Notes: generated by a model from the sequence alone, not told the origin. Shown: positions 9,601 through 20,377, numbered from the stretch's first letter. The stretch is 64,000 bases of DNA from Candidatus Latescibacterota bacterium (GCA_965204725.1 OZ242005.1:5056001-5120000), one strand, 5' to 3'. A program made the numbers and translations.

Positions 9601-10488
9601 GTGTCTTACCTCCACCCAGAAACCATCTCGCGCCTCTCGCGCCTCGACCTGATTGCGCGCCTCGTGGTTGAAGGCTTTATCACCGGCCTGCACCGCAGCC
9701 CGTACCACGGCTTCTCGGTCGAGTTCTCCGAGCACCGTCCCTATCTGCCGGGCGACCCGCTGCGCGATCTCGATTGGAAAGCCTACGCCAAGTCCGACCG
9801 CCTGTACGTCAAACAGTACGAGGAGGAGACCAATCTCAAAGCCTACCTGCTGCTCGACGTCTCCGGCTCCATGGATTTTGCGGCCGGCGCGCCCCTGAGC
9901 AAGTTTCGCTACGCGGCCTCTTTGGCGAGTGCGTTGGCGTATCTCATGCTCAAGCAACGCGATGCGGTGGGCCTGTTGCTCTACCACCACCAAACCGAGG
10001 CGTACGTTCCGCCGCGCTCGGTGCAAAGCCATCTCCAAGTGCTCCTCAAGACCATTGACCAAGCGAAGCCGCACAGCGAGACGACGATGGCCCCGGCCTT
10101 TCACGATCTCGCCGAGCGCATTCGCCGGCGCGGCCTCGTTATCGTGCTCTCCGACCTACTCGACGCGCCCGAGCAAGTCCTCGAAGGGCTGCGCCACTTC
10201 CGCCACCTGCGGCACGAAGTGATCGTCTTCCACTTGCTCGACCCTCGCGAGCGCGACCTCGCCTTCCGCGATCAGACCCGCTTCTACGACCTTGAAGACC
10301 CCGACCAAACCCTGACCACCCAGCCTTGGCACATCCAGCACGAATACCGCGCGCTGATGGACGATCTGATCCAGACCTATCGGCTCGGGTGCGCCGAGGC
10401 CGGCATTGACTACGCCCTGCTCGACACGGCGACCCCCTTTGACGTGGCCTTATCTCGTTACTTGGCGCAGCGCAAAAAAATGGGCTAG
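9601..10488 (+). CDS. DUF58 (VWA-like) MoxR partner
   Basis: GLHRSPYHGFSVEFSEHRPY, DWKAYAK, LLDVSGSM, VLSDLL. Confidence 0.92.
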   Translation: MSYLHPETISRLSRLDLIARLVVEGFITGLHRSPYHGFSVEFSEHRPYLPGDPLRDLDWKAYAKSDRLYVKQYEEETNLKAYLLLDVSGSMDFAAGAPLSKFRYAASLASALAYLMLKQRDAVGLLLYHHQTEAYVPPRSVQSHLQVLLKTIDQAKPHSETTMAPAFHDLAERIRRRGLVIVLSDLLDAPEQVLEGLRHFRHLRHEVIVFHLLDPRERDLAFRDQTRFYDLEDPDQTLTTQPWHIQHEYRALMDDLIQTYRLGCAEAGIDYALLDTATPFDVALSRYLAQRKKMG

Positions 10489-10505
10489 TAGCCGCCGCGC
10501 CCTGA

Positions 10506-10536
10506 AACTTGACCTTTTTGTACAGATTCCTAAGTT
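10506..10536 (+). promoter_or_regulatory. Putative sigma70-type promoter of suf operon
   Basis: TTGACC (10509) and TAAGTT (10531), upstream of the AAGGAG RBS of sufB. Confidence 0.35.
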
Positions 10537-10568
10537 CTTGAGACCGCGCCTAGATACAAGGAGCCAAT

Positions 10569-12032
10569 ATGAGCGAAAGCACCCAAACCCTAGAGCAATT
10601 TGCCAACCGCGACTACGAGTGGGGATTCGTCACCGATGTGGAGGCCGACTCGGCCCCGCCCGGCCTCAACGAAGAGACCATCCGCTTCATCTCCGCCAAA
10701 AAGGACGAGCCTGAGTTCATGCTCCAGTGGCGGCTCAAAGCCTACCGCCGCTGGCTCGCGATGGAGGACCCAACGCGCCGCAAAGAAAGCCAGCGCTGGG
10801 CCATGGTCCACTATCCCGACATCAACTACCAAGACATCGTGTACTACTCGGCCCCCAAGAAGAAACAGCTCGACAGCCTCGACGAGGTCGATCCCGAGAT
10901 TTTGGCCACCTACCAGAAGTTGGGCATCCCCCTCGAAGAGCAGAAGATGCTCGCCGGCGTGGCCGTGGACGCCGTCTTCGACAGCGTCTCGGTAGCCACC
11001 ACGTTCAAGGACAAGTTGGCCGAGTTGGGCATCGTCTTTTGCTCCATGTCCGAAGCCATACAAAATCACCCCGCGCTCGTACAAAAATACCTCGGCTCGG
11101 TCGTGCCCTATTCCGACAATTTCTTCGCCACCCTCAACTCCGCGGTCTTTACCGATGGCTCCTTCGTGTACGTGCCGCCGGGCGTGCGCTGCCCCATGGA
11201 GCTATCGACGTACTTCCGCATCAACGCGGCGAACACCGGCCAATTCGAGCGCACCTTGGTCATCGCCGACGAGGGGGCTTATGTGTCGTACTTAGAGGGC
11301 TGCACCGCGCCCATGCGCGACGAAAACCAGCTCCACGCGGCCGTCGTCGAGCTCGTGGCCCTCGGCGACGCCCAGATCAAGTACTCCACCGTGCAGAACT
11401 GGTATCCGGGCGACGAAAACGGCAAAGGCGGGATTTACAACTTCGTCACCAAGCGCGGCGCGTGTCGCGGCGACCGCGCCAAAATTTCGTGGACCCAAGT
11501 CGAGACCGGCTCGGCCATTACTTGGAAGTACCCTAGCTGCATCCTGCAGGGCGATCATTCGGTCGGCGAATTTTACTCGGTGGCCGTCACGTCCAAGCGG
11601 CAGCAGGCCGACACCGGCACCAAGATGCACCACATCGGCAAAAACACCCGCAGCACCATCGTCTCCAAGGGCATTTCTGCCCAGCGCGGCCAAAACACCT
11701 ATCGCGGCAAGGTGCAGGTGCTCAAAAACGCGGCCGGTGCCCGCAACTTCACCCAATGCGATTCCATGCTCATCGGCGACCAATGCGGCGCACACACCTT
11801 CCCCTACATTGAGGTCCGCAATCCCACCGCCCACGTTGAGCACGAGGCTTCCACTTCCAAGATCGGCGAGGACCAGATTTTCTACTGCAACCAGCGCGGG
11901 ATCTCCACCGAAGACGCCATCTCCATGATCGTCAACGGCTTCTGCAAGGAAGTCCTCGCCGAGTTGCCGATGGAGTTCGCCGTCGAGGCGCAGAAGCTGC
12001 TGGGGATTAGCTTGGAGGGGAGTGTTGGGTAG
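10569..12032 (+). CDS. sufB: Fe-S cluster assembly protein SufB
   Basis: [54 protein letters not shown]. Confidence 0.97.
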   Translation: MSESTQTLEQFANRDYEWGFVTDVEADSAPPGLNEETIRFISAKKDEPEFMLQWRLKAYRRWLAMEDPTRRKESQRWAMVHYPDINYQDIVYYSAPKKKQLDSLDEVDPEILATYQKLGIPLEEQKMLAGVAVDAVFDSVSVATTFKDKLAELGIVFCSMSEAIQNHPALVQKYLGSVVPYSDNFFATLNSAVFTDGSFVYVPPGVRCPMELSTYFRINAANTGQFERTLVIADEGAYVSYLEGCTAPMRDENQLHAAVVELVALGDAQIKYSTVQNWYPGDENGKGGIYNFVTKRGACRGDRAKISWTQVETGSAITWKYPSCILQGDHSVGEFYSVAVTSKRQQADTGTKMHHIGKNTRSTIVSKGISAQRGQNTYRGKVQVLKNAAGARNFTQCDSMLIGDQCGAHTFPYIEVRNPTAHVEHEASTSKIGEDQIFYCNQRGISTEDAISMIVNGFCKEVLAELPMEFAVEAQKLLGISLEGSVG

Positions 12033-12048
12033 GTTGAAGGGTAAGCCC

Positions 12049-15000
12049 GTGAATACGACGATAGACCGCCCCAACAGAGACGCGCTCAACAAGGTGCTGG
12101 ACATCTACCGCGACGCCATGCGCCCGTTTATTGTCCGCTCTCTAAAGAGAGTGCGGGGCCAGCAGGTTGAAGGGGTGATCCGCAACGCGCTCAATGACCG
12201 CCAAGCCGAGCAGTTCAGCCAGAACCTGAGTAAGAACGGGCGCGATGCAGCGGCCTCAATAGATATTGGCGACTTTCCCCACCTCATTAGCAGAAAATGG
12301 AACGAGGTCTTCCAACAGCCATTCGGCGACGAGCGAGGGGTCCAAAACGCGCTATGGCTAATAAAGGAAGCGCGAGACAAAGCGGCTCATCCCGGCCCAC
12401 AGGACCTAGATACAGAGTTCGTCCGAACCCACCTGTTTCTCATCGCCGATGTGATTGGCAAAATCAATGCACCAAAGCAGAAGCAGGCCGTAGAAACGAT
12501 CCGGGACCAACTCGCCAGCCCTTCGAGTCAACGTGAGACCCCCGCCAAGAGCCAACCTGCAACGCCACCATCCCGTCTGACCAGCGATCTCGCTCCTTGG
12601 CGGCAGGTCATTCGTCCCAATCCCGATGTGGCCCTAGGGACCTTCCAAGAGGCCGAGTTTGCGGCCGATCTCCAACAGGTCCACGACGGACGCGCCGACG
12701 CAACTCAGTACGGCAATCCAGTCAGCTTCTTCAACCATACGTACATCACCCCGGGCATCCGCACCCTGCTAGTCAACACCTTGCAGCGGCTCAGTGGCAA
12801 CGGGGGCGATCCGGTTATCCAGACCAAAACGGGCTTTGGTGGCGGCAAGACGCACAGCCTCATCGCGCTCTATCATCTAGTGAGTAGCACCGACGCCTTG
12901 ACCAATCCGAGCGGCAATGGCCAAGCGGCGCAGACCCACAACGAGATACGCAGCATTATAGAAGAAGCCGGGCTGGACCCAACTATTGGCGTTCAGGCTC
13001 GCGTCGCCGTGCTCGACGGTACGCATCTTGCGACCACCGATGCCGCCAAAACCCTCAACGGCGATCCGCTCAACACTCTGTGGGGTATGATGGCGTACCA
13101 ACTTGGCGGCCAAGCGGCCTACGACCTAGTCGGCGAAGCGGCGCGACAGGGAACCGCGCCCGGCGGTGCTCAGCTAGACGAGCTGTTCGCACACATCGGA
13201 CCGTGCGTCATCCTCATCGACGAGTTGGTCGCATACGTGCGCAATGCCGGGAACGCACAGGACAGCATCTTAACCTTCGTCCAAGCCCTCACCCAAGCAG
13301 TCCGTAAGAACAGCAACACGGCCCTCGTCGTAACCTTGCCCGAAAGCAGCGTTGAGGCGGGAAGCGAGGCCGGTATAAAGGCCCTCAGCCAACTCGAACA
13401 CTTCCTCGGGCGCATTGAGACTGTGTGGGAACCGCTTGAGACGAACGAAGCGTTTGAAGTGGTGCGCCGCAGACTGTTTGGAAATGACATAGACGAGGCC
13501 GAAAGGGATCGCACCTGCCAAGCCTTCGCCGCTATGTACAGTAGGGCGCGAAACGAGTATCCCCGTGCGGTTGGTGAGCATCACTACCTTGAGCGGCTGC
13601 GAGCCTGCTATCCCATTCACCCGGAGATCTTTGACCGCCTCTATTTGGATTGGTCTTCTATTGCTCAGTTCCAGCGCACGCGCGGCGTCCTGCGGATGAT
13701 GGCCAACTGCGTCAGCCGCCTGTTTTTAGACAACGATTCCTCCCCGCTCATCATGCCGGCGAATCTGACCTTGAGCGATACGGCCTTGGCCAACGAGTTT
13801 GTCAGGCTGCTTGGTAGCCAATGGGGGCCAGTCCTGTCGGAGATCGATAGCAACAACTCCAGAACCGACAACATGGACCGGGCATCCCAGCGATTCAGCG
13901 AGGTCGGCGGTGCTGCTCGGCGCATAGCCCGCACAATTTTCCTCGGCAGTTCCGGCAGCGGTGCTGTCAAAGGCATTGATGCCCGTCAGATTCGCCTCGG
14001 CGTAGTACAGCCCAAACACGGAGTCTCGGTGTACAACGATGCCCTCGGCCAAATTAGCGGCGATCTCTACTACCTTTATAGTAGTGAGGGACGGTACTAC
14101 TTCCACGCCGAGGAAAACCTCAACAAGGTCGCCACGGACCGCGCTACGGCCCTGAGCGGCAGAGACATTAACGACCACATCGTCGCGCAGTTGCAAGAGG
14201 CGGTTGGACGCCGCTCAGACATCATCGTCTGCCCAGCCGATTCGCGGGCCGTGCCCGACGCCGATGCGGTGCGCCTCGTGCTTTTGCTTCCTGATAGGTC
14301 GCTGCCGAGCCGCGCCAGCGAGAAAGACGACGCCGAGCTAGCAGTGCAGCAGATGCTACAGTACTGTGGTGACTCCCTCCGGGTCCGCAGGAACACCCTG
14401 CTCTTTCTGGCGGCGAGAAAAGACGAGATTCGCGATCTGAACAACCGGGTTAAGCGGTTCCTCGCTTGGCATTCCATCGTCAACGGCGAGCGCCGCATTG
14501 AAAATCTTTCGGGCGACCGTCTCAAACAGGCTCAGAGCAGTCTCCGGGCGGCGGAAGCAGAGGTGCGAACTGCTCTGGTCGGAGCGTACCGCTGGGCCAT
14601 CGCCCCGGTCCAAGACGATCCGCAGAAGGCCGAATATCGCTTGGCGGTCTCTCAAGTTGGTGCGACCGACGGCGAGATTATTGACAATGCTTTCGACAAG
14701 TTCATCGGGGACGAGGCCCTCGTAGAGCACATAAGCCCTTCGGCGTTGGCTACCCTGTTGAAGCAGTACGTATGGAATAATCCCAACCACCAAGACCACA
14801 TTAGCATAGATGGCTTGTGGGATATGATGACCCGCTATGTGTACATGCACCGCCTGCGAAGTAGAGCGGTCCTGCAACGTTGTATCGAGCAAGGTGTGCC
14901 CGACGGAGCTTTTGGCTACGCTGAGTCCTACGATGGGGAGCAGTACGAGGGGATGCGCTTCCGCGAGCCGGTTGGGAGCGCGGCGTCGAGTGCGGGCGAG

Positions 15001-15390
15001 CGCAGCGCAACGTTGCTGGTCAATCCTGAGATGGCGGTGCTGGTAGTGGAAGAAGGTGGGGAGACTCCAGAAGACTTGGAACCCTCAACCGACGACACAG
15101 ACCCCGGCACCGCTAAACCCACTACAATCGTCGATTCCGAGACGCCGCTACCTGCATCGCATGGCCCCACGCGCATCGTCGCCAGCAAGACGACCGCAAA
15201 CGACGTATCGCTGGACGACATTAGCCAGTTGCGCGAGGAGATTATCCGCATCCTACGAGATGGCGGCAGCACGGTAACTGTTACTATTACCATCACGGCG
15301 GACAAGGCCGATGGCTTCTCCGAGAGCACGGCGCGGGCTGTGCGCGAGAACAGTGTACAGCTTGGACTGAATTTCAAGGAACTTGACTAG
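12049..15390 (+). CDS. DUF499 AAA+ ATPase with N-terminal Swt1-like HEPN domain
   Basis: N-terminal RDKAAH (Rx4H); PWRQVIRPNPDV...EFAADL; Walker A TGFGGGKTHSLIALYH; ILIDELVAY; YPIHPE; FQRTRGVLR. GTG start. Confidence 0.9.
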   Translation: MNTTIDRPNRDALNKVLDIYRDAMRPFIVRSLKRVRGQQVEGVIRNALNDRQAEQFSQNLSKNGRDAAASIDIGDFPHLISRKWNEVFQQPFGDERGVQNALWLIKEARDKAAHPGPQDLDTEFVRTHLFLIADVIGKINAPKQKQAVETIRDQLASPSSQRETPAKSQPATPPSRLTSDLAPWRQVIRPNPDVALGTFQEAEFAADLQQVHDGRADATQYGNPVSFFNHTYITPGIRTLLVNTLQRLSGNGGDPVIQTKTGFGGGKTHSLIALYHLVSSTDALTNPSGNGQAAQTHNEIRSIIEEAGLDPTIGVQARVAVLDGTHLATTDAAKTLNGDPLNTLWGMMAYQLGGQAAYDLVGEAARQGTAPGGAQLDELFAHIGPCVILIDELVAYVRNAGNAQDSILTFVQALTQAVRKNSNTALVVTLPESSVEAGSEAGIKALSQLEHFLGRIETVWEPLETNEAFEVVRRRLFGNDIDEAERDRTCQAFAAMYSRARNEYPRAVGEHHYLERLRACYPIHPEIFDRLYLDWSSIAQFQRTRGVLRMMANCVSRLFLDNDSSPLIMPANLTLSDTALANEFVRLLGSQWGPVLSEIDSNNSRTDNMDRASQRFSEVGGAARRIARTIFLGSSGSGAVKGIDARQIRLGVVQPKHGVSVYNDALGQISGDLYYLYSSEGRYYFHAEENLNKVATDRATALSGRDINDHIVAQLQEAVGRRSDIIVCPADSRAVPDADAVRLVLLLPDRSLPSRASEKDDAELAVQQMLQYCGDSLRVRRNTLLFLAARKDEIRDLNNRVKRFLAWHSIVNGERRIENLSGDRLKQAQSSLRAAEAEVRTALVGAYRWAIAPVQDDPQKAEYRLAVSQVGATDGEIIDNAFDKFIGDEALVEHISPSALATLLKQYVWNNPNHQDHISIDGLWDMMTRYVYMHRLRSRAVLQRCIEQGVPDGAFGYAESYDGEQYEGMRFREPVGSAASSAGERSATLLVNPEMAVLVVEEGGETPEDLEPSTDDTDPGTAKPTTIVDSETPLPASHGPTRIVASKTTANDVSLDDISQLREEIIRILRDGGSTVTVTITITADKADGFSESTARAVRENSVQLGLNFKELD

Positions 15391-15399
15391 GAACACGCC

Positions 15400-15909
15400 A
15401 TGACAACCGCACAACAAGCCCAAGCTCCTCTTTGGCAGGACCGGATCGTCAAAGACCCGCTGATACTCGGTGGCAAGCCCATTGTGAAAGGGACCCGGCT
15501 CTCGGTTGAATTCATAACCAGCGAACTCGAACGGGGTCGCACCGAAGCCGACCTCCTCTGCGACTACTCGCCGCGCCTGACCGCGGAAGATGTCGAGGCA
15601 TGTCGCCAGTACAAGGCTACAGGTGCCAAGCTATCCTACACCACTTGGGCGATGCAGGACGCCTTGATGGATGGCGACATTACCGCAGAGGAATTTGAGG
15701 CCCTGAAAAAGGAACAAATCACTTGGGAGGAACTGCACACTCTGAAGGGCGGCGGTGTCACTTGGGCACAACTCGACGCGCTAAGAGAAGGCAAGATCAC
15801 TTGGGCGCAACTGGACGACCTGAGAGCGGGTAAGATCGGTTGGGAGGAACTCGACGCCGCAATGGGTGGCCGATACAAGATGATCTGGCAAAACGGCGAA
15901 AGACCATGA
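15400..15909 (+). CDS. DUF433 antitoxin-like protein with C-terminal 13-aa repeats
   Basis: DPLILGGKPIVKGTRLSVEFI...LTAEDVEAC, followed by ITWxxLxxLxxGx repeats. Confidence 0.85.
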   Translation: MTTAQQAQAPLWQDRIVKDPLILGGKPIVKGTRLSVEFITSELERGRTEADLLCDYSPRLTAEDVEACRQYKATGAKLSYTTWAMQDALMDGDITAEEFEALKKEQITWEELHTLKGGGVTWAQLDALREGKITWAQLDDLRAGKIGWEELDAAMGGRYKMIWQNGERP

Positions 15910-16250
15910 GAATACTGGCCGACGAAAATATATCGGGGCACATCGTCACCCGTCTGCGCGGAGTCGGCCACGATCTGCGATGGGCTAAAGAAAGCGACCC
16001 AAGCGAAGCCGACGCTAACCTGCTGATGCTGGCGAATCGCCAAAGACGCACTCTAATAACTTACGATACGGACTTCGGGGAACTGGTCCATCGGCACGAC
16101 ATGACAGCCCCGTATGGTGTCATCCAGTTCCGCATACATAAGAAAGTGCCGGGCGAGGTAGAACGGGAGTTCGTCTTCAACACCGTCAATATGTGGGATC
16201 GCTGGCCGCCTGGAGTGTGGAACATCCAGATACGACATCGTCCAACCTGA
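15906..16250 (+). CDS. DUF5615 PIN-like toxin
   Basis: MRILADENI, GHD, D..LL..A, LITYDTDFGEL; ATGA overlap with the DUF433 gene. Confidence 0.85.
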   Translation: MRILADENISGHIVTRLRGVGHDLRWAKESDPSEADANLLMLANRQRRTLITYDTDFGELVHRHDMTAPYGVIQFRIHKKVPGEVEREFVFNTVNMWDRWPPGVWNIQIRHRPT

Positions 16251-16285
16251 CCTTTTAATTTCCTGTCAACGAGAGCCGCCGGTAC

Positions 16286-19108
16286 ATGACCGCTCAAACT
16301 CCATATCGTCGCAAGCTCATTGAGGTGGACTTGCCCCTTGACGACATCAACTACGAGTCTGTCCGCGAGAAGTCCATTCGGCACGGTCATCCTTCGACTC
16401 TGCATTTGTGGTGGTCACGAAAGCCATTGGCGGTGTGCCGCGCCGTCATTTTCGCCAGTATGGTGGACGACCCGGTTGACTGTTCCGACGAGTTTCCTAC
16501 TGAGGCGGCCCAACGTGCGGAACGCGAGCGGCTGCACGACATCATCCGGGAGCTTGTGAAGTGGGAGAACACCGACGAAAGTAAGACCGCAAGTAGGGAA
16601 CTCTTGGCGGAAGCGCGATGCGAAATTGCTCGCTCGATGGCGCGTACACGCGGCGAAACTGCGCCCACTGATCCGGCAGAAGTGCTGCGCTATCTCAACG
16701 ATAAGGTCCGTCCGGTTTACGATCCCTTTGCGGGTGGCGGCTCCATACCGCTCGAAGCGCAACGACTTGGGCTGCGAGCGGTCGCCTCTGATCTCAACCC
16801 GGTGGCCGTTCTTATTAACAAGGCATTGATCGAGTTGCCGCCGAAATTCAGCGGCCAATCCCCGATCAACCCGGATGCCGACCGGATGGGTATGACTGTT
16901 GGCAAGGGCAAGAAGCGGCGCGTTCCGTGGCGCGGTGCGGCGGGGCTGGCCGACGACATTCGTTACTATGGTCGCTGGATGCGCGAGGAAGCGTTCAAGC
17001 GGATAGGGCATCTGTATCCGCAGGTGAAACTGCCCGATGGAACGAATGCCACTGTAATTGCGTGGCTGTGGGTGCGCACCGTGCCTTGTCCAAATCCGGC
17101 GTGTCGCATTGCCATGCCGCTGATGGCCACGTTTCAATTGTCGAAGAAGAAAGGCAACGAACACTGGACTAAGCCCGTCATTGACCGCGAGAAAAATAGC
17201 ATCTCCTTTGTGGTACAGAACCACAACGCCGACATTCCCGAAAGCGGCACGGTGAACCGCAACGGCGCGACCTGTCTCGGCTGCGGCGGTGTGGTGAAAC
17301 TACCCTACGTGCGCGAGCAAGGGCGAGCAGGCAACATGGGAGAGGTTATGAAGGCGATTGTCGTCGAGGGAAACCGCAGGCGGCTGTTTCTTTCTCCCAC
17401 CGAAGAACACATCGAGGTTGCACAGGAAGCTATACCTGCTTGGCGACCCAACGGCAGCTTGCCTGAGCGAGCATTGAGCATCAGGGCGCAGATCTACGGG
17501 CTCACGGAGTGGCATAAACTTTTTACGGAACGTCAGCTAACCGCGCTGACCACGTTTAGCGACCTGTTGGGAGAGGTTCGCTCCTTAATTCTCGAACACG
17601 GAGCGTCTGAGGAATATGCTGACGCGGTTTGCACCTACCTTGCGCTTGCCGTTGGCAGAATCTCCGAAAGCGGTTGCAGTTTTGCCAGATGGCATACTTC
17701 CCGTGACCTCGTAACCGGGGTTTTTGGTCGCCAAGGAATTGGAATGGTTTGGGATTTCGCAGAAGGGAATCGTTTCTGTAGTTCATCAGGTAACTGGACG
17801 GGCCAAATCGAGTGGATAGCTAAAGCCGTCGATCACCTGCCCGCCGATGTAAACGGCGGAGAAGCGCATCAGGCCGACGCATCTACAACTATTCACGCTC
17901 AGGACGGTCCCGTCATCGTCACCGACCCGCCCTACTACGATAACATACACTATGCCGATTCATCCGACTTTTTCTATGTCTGGCTGCGCCCCCTGCTCCG
18001 CAACACATACCCCGATCTGTTTGCTGGCATCCTGACCCCCAAAAACGAGGAAATGGTTGCCAATCGATTCCGTTTTGAAAATTACAGCCAACATTTTGAG
18101 CAACAGCTAAGCAAGACGTTGCGGTTGATACGGGAACGCTGCTCGGCTGAGTTCCCATCGTCCATTTTCTACGCCTACAAACAACAGGAGGAGGAACGCG
18201 CAGGTAGAGCCTCGACCGGCTGGGAAACTATGCTATCCGCCGTTGTCTCGGCTGGCTTTCAGATAATCGGCACTTGGCCTATGCGAACTGAGATGGGGAA
18301 CCGATCCAATGCAATGAATACGAACGCCCTCGCCTCGTCCGTCGTCCTCGTCTGCCGTCCGCGCCCCAAAGATGCGCCCATTGCCACGCGCCGCCAATTC
18401 CTTGACGCGCTGGCGAAAGAGCTGCCCGAGGCTCTCGATCAACTCACCCGCGAAAGCCACATCGCCCCGACCGATCTAGCGCAAGCCGCTATCAGCCCCG
18501 GCATGCAAATCTACTCGCGCTACGCACGGGTCGAGACCATCAGCGGCGAGCCGGTGCCAGTGCGCGAGGCCCTAGCGGCCATTAACCGAGCCATCGCCGA
18601 TTACGACGAGCGACAGGAAGGCGACTTGGATGCAGAGAGCCGCTTCTGCCTCGACTGGCTCAAACAGCACGACTACGGAGAAGGCCAGTACGGCGAGGCC
18701 GAGACGCTAGCCCGCGCCAAAAACGTAGCCATCAGCAAACTGCAAAATCTGGACGGCCTACTCACGGCCGAAGGGGGCCGGGTAAAGCTGCTGCCACTTG
18801 ATGAATTTGGCGACAGTCGTCCGTTGAGCCTCGGCAATGGGACCGCGTGGGAAGGATGCTTTCGCATGGCGTACCACCTAAACCGCGAGGAAGGCCGAGG
18901 GATCGAGGGTGCGGGTATGGTTGCGCGGGAAATGGATGGCAACGTCGAATCCGTTGAGCGCTTGGCGCGCATTCTCTACAACCACTACGACCGCAAAGGC
19001 GACGCACAAAACGCGGTCGTCTTCAACAATCTCGTCACCGAGTGGCAAAATATCCATTCTGCCCTCTCAAGGATGAGAGAAGATGCACAGAGTCAGCTAT
19101 TCCAATAA
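16286..19108 (+). CDS. DUF1156-containing amino (adenine) DNA methyltransferase
   Basis: KLIEVDLPL...HLWWSRKPL; motif I YDPFAGGGSIPLEA; CPNPAC/CLGC zinc ribbon; motif IV TDPPYYDNI. Confidence 0.92.
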   Translation: MTAQTPYRRKLIEVDLPLDDINYESVREKSIRHGHPSTLHLWWSRKPLAVCRAVIFASMVDDPVDCSDEFPTEAAQRAERERLHDIIRELVKWENTDESKTASRELLAEARCEIARSMARTRGETAPTDPAEVLRYLNDKVRPVYDPFAGGGSIPLEAQRLGLRAVASDLNPVAVLINKALIELPPKFSGQSPINPDADRMGMTVGKGKKRRVPWRGAAGLADDIRYYGRWMREEAFKRIGHLYPQVKLPDGTNATVIAWLWVRTVPCPNPACRIAMPLMATFQLSKKKGNEHWTKPVIDREKNSISFVVQNHNADIPESGTVNRNGATCLGCGGVVKLPYVREQGRAGNMGEVMKAIVVEGNRRRLFLSPTEEHIEVAQEAIPAWRPNGSLPERALSIRAQIYGLTEWHKLFTERQLTALTTFSDLLGEVRSLILEHGASEEYADAVCTYLALAVGRISESGCSFARWHTSRDLVTGVFGRQGIGMVWDFAEGNRFCSSSGNWTGQIEWIAKAVDHLPADVNGGEAHQADASTTIHAQDGPVIVTDPPYYDNIHYADSSDFFYVWLRPLLRNTYPDLFAGILTPKNEEMVANRFRFENYSQHFEQQLSKTLRLIRERCSAEFPSSIFYAYKQQEEERAGRASTGWETMLSAVVSAGFQIIGTWPMRTEMGNRSNAMNTNALASSVVLVCRPRPKDAPIATRRQFLDALAKELPEALDQLTRESHIAPTDLAQAAISPGMQIYSRYARVETISGEPVPVREALAAINRAIADYDERQEGDLDAESRFCLDWLKQHDYGEGQYGEAETLARAKNVAISKLQNLDGLLTAEGGRVKLLPLDEFGDSRPLSLGNGTAWEGCFRMAYHLNREEGRGIEGAGMVAREMDGNVESVERLARILYNHYDRKGDAQNAVVFNNLVTEWQNIHSALSRMREDAQSQLFQ

Positions 19109-19451
19109 TTTGTTCGCCAAGAAGTATCAGCTAGAGAACAACCTGCGCCCATTCAACCGAGAGGAGGTGCAAACGCTACCAAGGGACTGTTGCGGCCTAT
19201 ATGCCCTGTGGCTGCCCGAAGAAAGTGCCCACGAACGGCTCTACATCGGCATGTCCGCAACTTGCGTCCGCCGCCGCCTGCTGGAGCACCTAGCAAACGA
19301 GACCAATCCCGAACTTCGACGCCAACTCCGCATGTTCCCCTACCTAGTAGAGTTCTCGGTAACATTCACCAAAAGCGAAGAGGAAACTCGCGAGTTAGAG
19401 GCCGCCATCATCCGCGCTTGGCAACCCGAAACCAACCGCAACTTACGGTAG
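19083..19451 (+). CDS. Small GIY-YIG nuclease
   Basis: GLYALW...LYIGMS...RRRLLEH...ELEAAII...PETN. Start codon uncertain. Confidence 0.75.
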   Translation: MHRVSYSNNLFAKKYQLENNLRPFNREEVQTLPRDCCGLYALWLPEESAHERLYIGMSATCVRRRLLEHLANETNPELRRQLRMFPYLVEFSVTFTKSEEETRELEAAIIRAWQPETNRNLR

Positions 19452-19470
19452 CAGAGATTGCATCTGTAGA

Positions 19471-19959
19471 ATGGCTATGAATAGAAAGCGACGATTGCTT
19501 ATTCTATCGTGCTCACAGCGCAAACACGCTTCGCACGAGCCTTTACCGGCGATTGACAGATACAACGGCCCGTTATTCTTCGTATTACGTCGTTTTCTTC
19601 GCGAACGTCCCCATCAGGCAAGTCTGCTTGATGTGTACATCTTATCCGCAGTATATGGGCTTATTCCGGGCGATTTCTCAACCGCACTGTATGACCGAAA
19701 GATGAATACAGCGCGTATCGCTGAATTACAGCCTCAAATCACCACAGCATTTTCAGGTATTCGACGCGACAACTACATTTCAGTCTGTTTTGTACTGGGT
19801 AAAGCCTATCTGAAGGCATTGGAGGGATTACAAGCCCATAAGAAAGCAATTGTTGCTTACGGTCCGATAGGCAAAAAGCAGACGCAACTTAAAAAGTGGC
19901 TGTGGGGCGAAGATTCCTACACTCTTGACGAAAGGAACCTCGATGAAACTGGAAGTTAA
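19471..19959 (+). CDS. DUF6884 / YaaA-like protein
   Basis: ILSCSQRK...PAIDRYNGPLF...YILSAVYGLI...YDRKM...LGKAY...IGKK. Confidence 0.75.
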   Translation: MAMNRKRRLLILSCSQRKHASHEPLPAIDRYNGPLFFVLRRFLRERPHQASLLDVYILSAVYGLIPGDFSTALYDRKMNTARIAELQPQITTAFSGIRRDNYISVCFVLGKAYLKALEGLQAHKKAIVAYGPIGKKQTQLKKWLWGEDSYTLDERNLDETGS

Positions 19960-20377
19960 AGTTATCAATCGCTCGACAGATGAGCCAATCGCAACCTACT
20001 CTGTACCAGATTTCTCAATGCTTGACTTTCAGGAATGGAAAGAGAAAAGTGAGGTTACGATTAAATTGGACTGTCTTTCAGATAAAGTGGCTGATCTGGA
20101 CTCAAATGATCCTGAAATACAGAAGCCGGTATCTAATCCAAGGAAGGTTGATTTTTATTTGCCTGATTCAATAGAAAATCAGATGGTTTTTCAATTCGCA
20201 AAATTGAAAACAGACACGGAGGAATCTACCGATCAGTCTGTGGATAACAACGAAGTATCCGAACGGGTTTCTACACCGAATTTAAAATCAAGTACCATTT
20301 TATCCGCTATCGTAACAGAGATCTTACAGAACCACCATCCGCATTCTGATTACCAAGTGAAAATCTCTGATGGATAG
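19943..20377 (+). CDS. Hypothetical protein
   Basis: AAGGA RBS; overlaps both neighbours; no recognisable motif. Confidence 0.55.
   Translation: MKLEVKVINRSTDEPIATYSVPDFSMLDFQEWKEKSEVTIKLDCLSDKVADLDSNDPEIQKPVSNPRKVDFYLPDSIENQMVFQFAKLKTDTEESTDQSVDNNEVSERVSTPNLKSSTILSAIVTEILQNHHPHSDYQVKISDG

Noticed and set aside
15718-15865. 39-bp periodic repeats as a CRISPR array
   Set aside because: Degenerate, in-frame coding repeats without unique spacers; no cas genes.
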